DNA of 64,000 nt, from contig CP084166.1 in assembly GCA_021513695.1 (NCBI GenBank), forward strand, positions 576,001-640,000, written 5' to 3'. How positions within the stretch are numbered: the first letter of the stretch is position 1; every line of letters starts with the position of its first letter. The stretch comes from Candidatus Heimdallarchaeum aukensis. Its GTDB lineage: Archaea > Asgardarchaeota > Heimdallarchaeia > Heimdallarchaeales > Heimdallarchaeaceae. Shown here piece after piece: positions 28,314 through 36,380 of the stretch. Under the pieces are notes generated by a model. It had not been told where the DNA came from. It saw only the letters and a list, made by a program, of their open reading frames with translations, and made no database searches. The translations under genes and the position numbers were made by a program.

Positions 28314-30413
28314 TTATAGTAAAGGAATTAATCCTGCTCCACCGTTAATGAGCATTAGTAATCCCATAAAGATGGATGAGGTTAGACTCATTACTACTAG
28401 TAAAGTGTTTATTGATGGTCCTGCTGTATCTTTGAATGGATCTCCTACAGTATCTCCAGTTATTGCTGCTTTATGAGTTTGTGTTCCTTTTCCTCCTAGG
28501 TTTCCATCTTCTATCCATTTCTTTGCGTTATCCCAAGCTCCTCCTGCATTACTCATGAATATAGCAAACACGAAACCAGAGAGTATTGACCCTGCTAGAA
28601 ATGCACCTAAGGAAGCTACTCCGAAGAATATTCCTACAAGTAGTGGTAACATAATTGATATTATACTTGGTAGTATTAACTGTTTTAATGATCCTTTTGT
28701 AGCAATTGCGATTGTTTTTGAGAAATCTGCAGGTTCTTCTCCTGTTAGAATCTTTGGATTTTCTTTGAACTGTCTTCTTATCTCATCAACCATCTTTGCT
28801 GCGTTCTTCTGTACTCCTAAAATCAGTACTGCACTAAATAATGCTGGAGCCATAACTCCAAAGAATGCGCCTATTAACACATTTACTGATAGCAAGTTTA
28901 TTCCACTTTCTACTATTCCAGCTTCTTGAGCATATGAGAACATTAGTGCTACTACAGCTAGATTTGCAGCTCCTATTGCAAAACCTTTAGTAATTGCTTT
29001 GGCTGTGTTTCCTGCAGAGTCTAATCTATCAGCAATGCGAATAGTTTCTTCTCCTAAACCACCTTGTTCAGCGATAGCTCTTGAATTGTCTACAATTGGG
29101 CCATAGGCATCATTTGAAACAATGGTTCCTACAATAGCCAACATTCCTACTGCAGCCATTGCTACTCCAAATTGTGCATCAAGTAAGTAAGCTAAGAACA
29201 TAGCGATAATTATACCTACTCCTGGAGGCACAACGCTTATAAGTCCATAGGAAAATCCAGAAAGGATTACTAGTGCATCTCCCTCTTCAGCTGCTTTAGC
29301 AATGTTTCTTGTTGGAGGAAGATCATCTCTAGTAAAGTAGTCACTTGTCCAACCAATGACAATTCCGCTAGCAAGACCTAGTATAACAGCAAGATAGTTT
29401 CTCCACAGGCGACTAATATCTTCTTGAGTTAAGGAATTGTTCAAAGTCATAAGCCAGACAATAAATGCACCTAAAGCTGCAAATATCAAAGTAGCTAAAT
29501 AAGTTCCAAGGTTTAGAGAACGTCCAGGGTTATCAGAACTTATTATTTTGATAATGAAAATACCAATTAATGAAGCGATGAGTCCAATTCCTGAAAGCAC
29601 GAGAGGATAGACAATAAAAGTTTCTTTAGCAGCAGACAGAATAAGAGAATTAGCTAAAATCATAGCGGCAACAATGGAAGCTACATAAGAGTCAAATAGA
29701 TCAGAACCCATTCCAGCTAGATCTCCGACGTTATCTCCTACATTATCTGCAATTGTAGCAGGATTTCTTACATCGTCTTCAGGTAAGTCGAATTCACTCT
29801 TACCAACTAAATCTGCACCTACATCAGCTGTTTTAGTATATATTCCTCCACCACATTTCATGAACAGTGCAATTGTACTAGCTCCAAAACTGAACCCTAG
29901 TACCACATATGGTGATTGGAATATCCAGTACAATCCTGAAACACCTATTAGTGCAGCACCTACTACTGCTAAACCCATTACAGCTCCTCCGAAGAAAGCA
30001 ATGTCAAAACCTTTCTTTGTTCCTACAGTACAACCTTGTGCAGCTCTTGTATTTGCTTTTACTCCAACCATCATTCCTAACCAACCAGCAATCATACTTG
30101 CTGCTGAACCTATGAGATAAGATATAGCTTGCTCCCAGTTTAGATCTCCAGCAACAACAGGAACTTTATATTCTGTCATTTCAGAAGGTAAGAATAGTAG
30201 AATTACTAAGAATAGTATGAATACAAAGATGCTAAGCACTGTGTATTGAACCTTCAAGTAAGTTTCTGCCCCTTTTTCTATATAACCTGAAACTTCTTGC
30301 ATTTTTTCATTTCCAGGGTCTTCTTTCATGACTAAGAATGCGAAGAAAACCGCCATTCCTATCGAAATTACCCCTGCTATTAGCGATACAAGTAAAATTA
30401 ACGGTACAGCCAT
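28314..30413 (-). CDS. hppA: Membrane-integral proton-translocating pyrophosphatase
   Basis: 699 aa. DNVGDNVGDLAGMGSDLF, GNTAKAITKGFAIG and DTVGDPFKDTAGPSIN motifs. Confidence 0.95.
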   Translation of the reverse strand: MAVPLILLVSLIAGVISIGMAVFFAFLVMKEDPGNEKMQEVSGYIEKGAETYLKVQYTVLSIFVFILFLVILLFLPSEMTEYKVPVVAGDLNWEQAISYLIGSAASMIAGWLGMMVGVKANTRAAQGCTVGTKKGFDIAFFGGAVMGLAVVGAALIGVSGLYWIFQSPYVVLGFSFGASTIALFMKCGGGIYTKTADVGADLVGKSEFDLPEDDVRNPATIADNVGDNVGDLAGMGSDLFDSYVASIVAAMILANSLILSAAKETFIVYPLVLSGIGLIASLIGIFIIKIISSDNPGRSLNLGTYLATLIFAALGAFIVWLMTLNNSLTQEDISRLWRNYLAVILGLASGIVIGWTSDYFTRDDLPPTRNIAKAAEEGDALVILSGFSYGLISVVPPGVGIIIAMFLAYLLDAQFGVAMAAVGMLAIVGTIVSNDAYGPIVDNSRAIAEQGGLGEETIRIADRLDSAGNTAKAITKGFAIGAANLAVVALMFSYAQEAGIVESGINLLSVNVLIGAFFGVMAPALFSAVLILGVQKNAAKMVDEIRRQFKENPKILTGEEPADFSKTIAIATKGSLKQLILPSIISIMLPLLVGIFFGVASLGAFLAGSILSGFVFAIFMSNAGGAWDNAKKWIEDGNLGGKGTQTHKAAITGDTVGDPFKDTAGPSINTLLVVMSLTSSIFMGLLMLINGGAGLIPLL

Positions 30414-30577
30414 TTTTTATACTCCTATTTTTTTCTTCTTTTCCGTATCATACACCCGTATTTAAAATTTGTGCAAATAAAAATTAATATGATTAACAGT
30501 TTTTTTAATAAAATAATTCATGTTAAATGGTTCAAAGATGAAGAAAAAAAGCGTTTAGGATATATGAAAAGAAAAAA

Positions 30578-31834
30578 TCATTTTAGTTTTTTCTTTAACT
30601 CTCTTACAAATAAAAATACAGTTAATACTGTAGCCCCCAAGGCAAGTAAAAACAAATAAATTAAAGTTATCTCAAATGGAGAATTATCTAGAAAATATCC
30701 AAAAGACCAAGGAAATACGGCTGCTAAAGTATTAGGTATTGCAAACAAGAAACCAAGTGCCGTTGATCTATTCCTTTGATGTACTTCTTCTGTTACATAT
30801 TTTGTACTTGCTGCACTACTAAAGTGTAAAAAGGCTATAAAAGTAAAGTACAACATTATTATTCCCCATGTACCAGCATTTTTTCCTAATAGAAAAATAA
30901 GTAAAATCGATACTGATGAACCTGCTAAAGAGATTAACATTGTTAAAGGAGCGTTCTTTTTATCACTTAATATTCCTCCAAAAATTGCAGTTAAACCTCC
31001 AATAATTAGCATAACAGAAGATAACCATCCAGCATTTAGAATACTATAATTGTAATAATCCACAAATATTATGCTTAGAAATTGTGTAACTATTTTATAC
31101 AACCCTGATCTGAGTGAGGAATAAGCTAAACATGTAATCACTGCTAATGTAAGTACTGCAAAGAACTCAAATTTTAGCCAATAAAGAATTCTTTCTTTTG
31201 TTGATAACGAACTTCTTCTCTTCTCAATTTCTTCTAGTTCTTCTTTTTCAAAACTGTAATTAATTAATTTATTAAATCCTATAAACATCAGAAAAGCTAA
31301 AACAATTGCTCCTGTTCCAAAAAAGAGAAAGAATTTCCTCCATCCAATCCATTCACTAAATGAAGCTACTATTCCTGGGGTAAGTGCTGTTCCTATCATT
31401 CCTAATGCTGCATTTAGAGCCATTGTCAATCCTTTTTTATTCTCATAAAGATCAGCTATTGCTGCATAAGCTACAGGATGATAAAATGATGCACCAAAAC
31501 CTACAGTTGCTGCTGCAAGAGCTAATGTAGAATAGTTTTGAGCTACTGAAGCTATTATTAGATGTAAAGCCATGAAAAATACACCTAAAGGAACAAACAG
31601 TTTTTTACTTGCTAGCCATTTATCGCCTAGTACTCCTACAGCAAAAGTACAAAGTGCAAAAACTACCATCTGAATAGTTGCCAACAAACCAATTTGTTTA
31701 TTGTTCATTACTATATCATTTCTTATGACAAACATTGCTGCTCCAAATACATAAGCATAGAAATGGTTTAGGAAATGACCAAAAATCAAGATACTTAATG
31801 AAGCAATAGGATTTTTACTGTGTATCCGCGACAT
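30578..31834 (-). CDS. MFS transporter
   Basis: 418 aa, 12 predicted TM helices in a 6+6 arrangement with a central charged loop. Confidence 0.85.
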   Translation of the reverse strand: MSRIHSKNPIASLSILIFGHFLNHFYAYVFGAAMFVIRNDIVMNNKQIGLLATIQMVVFALCTFAVGVLGDKWLASKKLFVPLGVFFMALHLIIASVAQNYSTLALAAATVGFGASFYHPVAYAAIADLYENKKGLTMALNAALGMIGTALTPGIVASFSEWIGWRKFFLFFGTGAIVLAFLMFIGFNKLINYSFEKEELEEIEKRRSSLSTKERILYWLKFEFFAVLTLAVITCLAYSSLRSGLYKIVTQFLSIIFVDYYNYSILNAGWLSSVMLIIGGLTAIFGGILSDKKNAPLTMLISLAGSSVSILLIFLLGKNAGTWGIIMLYFTFIAFLHFSSAASTKYVTEEVHQRNRSTALGFLFAIPNTLAAVFPWSFGYFLDNSPFEITLIYLFLLALGATVLTVFLFVRELKKKLK

Positions 31835-31983
31835 TCTATCTCTTCCACTACTTTTGATGTTAATTTTTGAATATTATTTTTAAACTTTTTTTTGAACGAA
31901 GTTTCCTAGATAAAAAAATTTAAACATGCAAAGAAGAGAATATATTAGAAACAATTGATTAACTACGATATTGGTTGAACTCC

Positions 31984-32547
31984 ATGACAGAAAAACAGTT
32001 TATTTTCAAAATTGTACTTATTGGTGATGGCGCAGTAGGAAAAACTTCTATTAGAATGCAATATATGGGATACGGATTCAATACCAGTCATCTTATGACC
32101 CTGGGAGCAGATTTTTCATCTATTGATAAAGAAATTATTCCTAACGAAAAATGGAAATTTCAAATTTGGGATTTAGCAGGACAACAAATGTTTGAACAAG
32201 TTCGAGCTCGTTTTTACAAAGGAGCTCAGGGTGCCTTACTTGTCTTTGATATCACTCGCCCTTCCTCTTTTCAAAACCTTCCCATGTGGTTAAACGAATT
32301 GTATAAATTCAACGGATCAGGAGTTGTCCCTGTTGTAGTCCTTGCTAATAAGAGTGATTTGAGAGATAGAAAAAGTGTTAAATTCAAACATGTAGAAAAA
32401 TATGTTTCTGAATTAAATCTGCGTACCCAACGCTATGGTGTAACTAATTATTGTTTAGAAACAAGTGCCAAGACTGGATTAAACATCGATAGAGCTTTTG
32501 AAATTCTCGGGAGAAGCATTCGAGATAAATCAAGCAAAAAAACATAA
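31984..32547 (+). CDS. Ras/Rab-like small GTPase with canonical G1-G5 motifs
   Basis: GDGAVGKTS (G1), TLGADF (G2), WDLAGQQ (G3), NKSD (G4), SAK (G5). No C-terminal Cys lipidation motif. The track ORF starts at TTG 31975; I prefer ATG 31984. Confidence 0.9.
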   Translation: MTEKQFIFKIVLIGDGAVGKTSIRMQYMGYGFNTSHLMTLGADFSSIDKEIIPNEKWKFQIWDLAGQQMFEQVRARFYKGAQGALLVFDITRPSSFQNLPMWLNELYKFNGSGVVPVVVLANKSDLRDRKSVKFKHVEKYVSELNLRTQRYGVTNYCLETSAKTGLNIDRAFEILGRSIRDKSSKKT

Positions 32548-32628
32548 TACCCAATACATTAATTTTTTATACTTTAAGTGATTCTTTTAAGTATATACTA
32601 ATAAACGAAAGATTCTGAGGAAAAACCA

Positions 32629-33195
32629 ATGCTCACATTTAAGATCCTTTTTATAGGCGATAATAGCGTAGGTAAAACTACTTTATTTAAAAAAATTGTT
32701 CAAAATGAAAAAAATAAAGAAAAGATCCCTTCTCTAAAAGCAGAAATAGTAAAAGTTTATCGTACAATCCAAGGAGAAGAAGTAGCTTTTGAACTATATG
32801 ATTTACCTGCGAGAGAACTTTTATCATCTCCTCAAAGAACAAAATGGTATTTAGGGACTGATGGAGCGTTTATAGTTTTTGACATTACAAAAGCAGAAAC
32901 GTTCAGAAGAGTAACATTCTGGCTAGAACAATTAATAAATTATAACAGAAAAGGGAAGATACCTATAGTATTAGTAGGTAATAAAATAGATATGAGAGAC
33001 AATCCTAATGTGAGAAATAGGACACTAAACCCTATAGATGCTCAAGCTTTCTGTCTTCGACTAAATCGTACATCAGCTAGAGAAGGAATTAATAATGAAT
33101 TCTTCGAAGTCTCAGCAATCTCAGGGAAAGGTTTAACTCAATTACTTGATGCATTAGCTAAAAATATTTATAACCATCACAAAAAAATAAAATAG
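32629..33195 (+). CDS. Divergent small GTPase-like protein with degenerate switch I/II
   Basis: GDNSVGKTT (G1), NKID (G4) and SAI (G5) are retained. G3 reads YDLPARE instead of DxxGQ, and no switch-I Thr is evident. Confidence 0.8.
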   Translation: MLTFKILFIGDNSVGKTTLFKKIVQNEKNKEKIPSLKAEIVKVYRTIQGEEVAFELYDLPARELLSSPQRTKWYLGTDGAFIVFDITKAETFRRVTFWLEQLINYNRKGKIPIVLVGNKIDMRDNPNVRNRTLNPIDAQAFCLRLNRTSAREGINNEFFEVSAISGKGLTQLLDALAKNIYNHHKKIK

Positions 33196-33227
33196 GAAAC
33201 ATAGCTCTACTCGGAGATAAGATTTGA

Positions 33228-33773
33228 ATGTTTTTAGTCGCTCACATTGGATATACTTTATTAACTGCTGAAATACTCGCACACCTATATTATTGGTTGT
33301 TCTTAAAGAAAAAGAATTTGGAGCCTACAGATAGTTGGGGAATAGTTCATTTTGCTTTTCTACCCCTCATAATAGGTGCTCTTGGTCCAGACATTATTGA
33401 TAAATTAATTTCAGAACCTATAACAGGTTATGGCAGGTATATTGGACATTCTATTCCGTTCGCTATATTGATATTTATTTTATTTATAGCCATTTTTTGG
33501 AAGAAACCAACAGTTTATTCAGCTTTGATTCTTGGGTGGATAATGCACATCATTCTGGATACAGCAGGTTTTATTCCCTGGTTTTTCCCTTTTGTAGAAT
33601 ACAACTTTCAATCAAAAACTCAAACATATATTGAGCTTCTTTTTCAACCATATGTTTACAATAACGAAATTGGAGGATTCCTGTGCATACTTTTTCTCGC
33701 AGTTCTTTACTTTAGAAGAGGTTTTACTCTCAGATCTTTTATTCAACATATCTTTACTTTCTCTCCTAAATAA
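33228..33773 (+). CDS. Membrane-bound metal-dependent hydrolase-like protein (DUF457/YdjM type)
   Basis: Starts MFLVAHIGYT, then GPDIIDK, GHSIPF and HIILD motifs on TM helices. Confidence 0.55.
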   Translation: MFLVAHIGYTLLTAEILAHLYYWLFLKKKNLEPTDSWGIVHFAFLPLIIGALGPDIIDKLISEPITGYGRYIGHSIPFAILIFILFIAIFWKKPTVYSALILGWIMHIILDTAGFIPWFFPFVEYNFQSKTQTYIELLFQPYVYNNEIGGFLCILFLAVLYFRRGFTLRSFIQHIFTFSPK

Positions 33774-33825
33774 TTTGAATAGATTTAAATAGTAGTCCAT
33801 TACTACTATAGTAGTAATAGGGCGA

Positions 33826-35067
33826 TTGAGTATGAAATATTGCACAAAATGTGGAACAAAAACACCAGAAGATGCAGTTTTTTGTTATGTATGTGGAACA
33901 AAAATTGATGATCTATCTGTTGATTTACAAAAATCAACAAAGGACAAAGTAAGCGATCACAGACATTACTATCCTCACTCTTCACAACAAATAGATGATA
34001 AATACTACAAAGATTATACCCACAAAGAACACGTTTTTCTTAAAATCTTAGCTATTGTCTTTATAATTGGAATGATCACTGCTTCTATTTCTTTATTTGC
34101 TGTTTTCAGCTCTTTCAGAATGGATGTCATTGGTACTCAAAATTACTATTTAGAAGAAGCAAACTCTAATGAAGTTTTTCTAAATATTTACAACGGTATT
34201 GGAGACATAGACATTATCTTTACTGATGATACAGACATAATGGTCGAAATAAATGTAATCGTATTAGGCAGAAAAAATGTTGATGAGTCAGAATTTGCGG
34301 AATTTAAAATAAATGATTATGAGAAAAATCTTACCATTGAGTTTGATTCTGGAGAACAAATCTTTTCTTTCTTTAATAAGAAAATTCTTGAATATGATAT
34401 TAGCATTACTTTAAACTCTAAACTAGTTCTATATGCAGATGTTCAGATGGAAACGGGAGACTTTTACTTGGACATCAATTGCCAAACAGCTAATATAAAC
34501 AATTTAAATATTGTAACAAAGACAGGTGATGTTAGCATTTATGCATATTCCACGGAAAATGTAACAATCAACAACGTATATCTAGTTTCCACAACTGGAC
34601 AAATTCAGTTTAGTTTAAGTGATGAAGGAGCAAATTACATCAGCAATGTATTTGCAACCACAACCACAGGAAAAATATTTTTCGATTTTGGTAGGAATAG
34701 TATATACAATGGAAATGAAATAGAACTTACAACAACTACAGGAAAAATAGTCCTATACTGCACTAACATGCAATATTTAGAAAATGTTACTTGGTTAATT
34801 TCTACAAGTACAGGTTCGGTTTATGCAAATATCACTCAAGATTTTATCATTGAAAAACAATTACAAATTTCTTTCTTTATTACAGTTAATACTGGGTCAA
34901 TAGAAATTCTTGCTGAATTCCACGATGATATTGGTTACCTTTTCGAAGCAACAACTGATACTGGAACAATTACAATTCCTGAACAATCTCCAAATTATGA
35001 TACTGCTTTAAACAAGTATTATTTTTCCTTAAGCACTGACACTGGAAACATAATGGCAGAATTGTAA
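33826..35067 (+). CDS. Zinc-ribbon / TM / DUF4097-like beta-helical (putative adhesin) protein
   Basis: CTKCGTK..CYVCGTK, one TM helix, then repeated TxTG(D/K/S)I motifs (TKTGDVSI, TTTGQIQF, TTTGKIFF, TTTGKIVL, STSTGSVY, VNTGSIEI, TDTGTITI, TDTGNIMA). Confidence 0.6.
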   Translation: MSMKYCTKCGTKTPEDAVFCYVCGTKIDDLSVDLQKSTKDKVSDHRHYYPHSSQQIDDKYYKDYTHKEHVFLKILAIVFIIGMITASISLFAVFSSFRMDVIGTQNYYLEEANSNEVFLNIYNGIGDIDIIFTDDTDIMVEINVIVLGRKNVDESEFAEFKINDYEKNLTIEFDSGEQIFSFFNKKILEYDISITLNSKLVLYADVQMETGDFYLDINCQTANINNLNIVTKTGDVSIYAYSTENVTINNVYLVSTTGQIQFSLSDEGANYISNVFATTTTGKIFFDFGRNSIYNGNEIELTTTTGKIVLYCTNMQYLENVTWLISTSTGSVYANITQDFIIEKQLQISFFITVNTGSIEILAEFHDDIGYLFEATTDTGTITIPEQSPNYDTALNKYYFSLSTDTGNIMAEL

Positions 35068-35136
35068 TCTTATGCAGCATTTTTTTCTTTTTTTTGATTA
35101 CAATAAATTAAAAAATGTTCAAAATTAGTTTTTCAT

Positions 35137-36282
35137 ATGACCGATAAATACATTGAACAAATTAGAGAAGATTCTCCTACTTTGAACCAAGTAGCTTTTT
35201 TGAATCATGCGAGCACAGCTCCTTTACATGGAAGAACACAGCAAGCTTTCTATGATTATTTGAATCAATGGTCTAAATACAATTTTACTGAATCAAGAGA
35301 AAAAAGTCAACTCGCTCGTGAAGAATTTGCTAAATTAATTGGAGCTTCAAAAGAAGAAATTCTTTTTACTTCTGATGTTACTCAAGGAACTAATTTAGCA
35401 GTTCACATGTTAGATTATGATGAAAAAAGCAATATTGTCTGCTATTGGAATGATTATGCAGGACAAGTACATAGTGCCCTTTTCTTGCAAAAAAAGAAAA
35501 ATATAGAGTATAGACCTGTTCCAGATCGAGATGGATACATTTATCCTGAGGACTTTGCAGAAAAAATAGACAAAAACACTAAAATTGTTCTTTTGTCTCA
35601 TGTTCAATGGATTACTGGATTTAAGTCTGATATCAAGGAGATAGCTAAAATCGCTCACGAAAACGGTGCAATGATTTTAGTCGATGTAATTCAAAGTTCG
35701 GGTGTTCTCAAGATCGATGTTAGAGATTGGGATATTGATTTTCTTACTTCGGGTGTAGCTAAATGGCTTTTAGGACCTAATCAAACAGGTTTTTTCTATA
35801 TGAGAAAAAGATTCATTGATGAATACGATCCTCCTTTTCCAGGTTACCAAGGAGCAGATTATGGCTCTATTGAGTCTCCTTATTGGAATGTTAAAAAAAT
35901 ACAATACAGAGAAGGGATAGATAAGTTTCAAATTGCAAACATAGGTCCAATGATGTATCAAATTGCCTACGAAGGAATGAAAATAATCACTGATTATGGA
36001 ATAGAAAAAGTAGAGAAAAGAGTTTTAGAACTAACTGCTTATCTTATTAAGAGAATCCAAAATTTAGGCAATTATGAGCTTTTAAGTCCTGTTGAAGATA
36101 AGTATAGAGCTGGGATTGTTAATTTCAAAGTTGATAAAAACATTGAGATAGCCAAAAAACTTGCAGAAGAAAAGATAGTTGTTTCTCCAAGATATGGAGG
36201 AATCAGGATTAGTCCTCATTTCTATAATACAAAGGAAGACTTAGACAAATTTATTGAAAAATTCAAATCTATAAAGAAATAG
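35137..36282 (+). CDS. Class V aminotransferase-fold PLP enzyme (cysteine desulfurase-like)
   Basis: 381 aa with fold-type I pattern. Candidate PLP-lysine in TSGVAKWLLGP. Confidence 0.75.
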   Translation: MTDKYIEQIREDSPTLNQVAFLNHASTAPLHGRTQQAFYDYLNQWSKYNFTESREKSQLAREEFAKLIGASKEEILFTSDVTQGTNLAVHMLDYDEKSNIVCYWNDYAGQVHSALFLQKKKNIEYRPVPDRDGYIYPEDFAEKIDKNTKIVLLSHVQWITGFKSDIKEIAKIAHENGAMILVDVIQSSGVLKIDVRDWDIDFLTSGVAKWLLGPNQTGFFYMRKRFIDEYDPPFPGYQGADYGSIESPYWNVKKIQYREGIDKFQIANIGPMMYQIAYEGMKIITDYGIEKVEKRVLELTAYLIKRIQNLGNYELLSPVEDKYRAGIVNFKVDKNIEIAKKLAEEKIVVSPRYGGIRISPHFYNTKEDLDKFIEKFKSIKK

Positions 36283-36380
36283 AAGTAGATTATCTCTATC
36301 TTACTTTTTTTGATGCTTACTAATTTTTCTGCCTAAATTTTATATAGTAGTACCATTTTATCCTCTTAATACAAATACAT

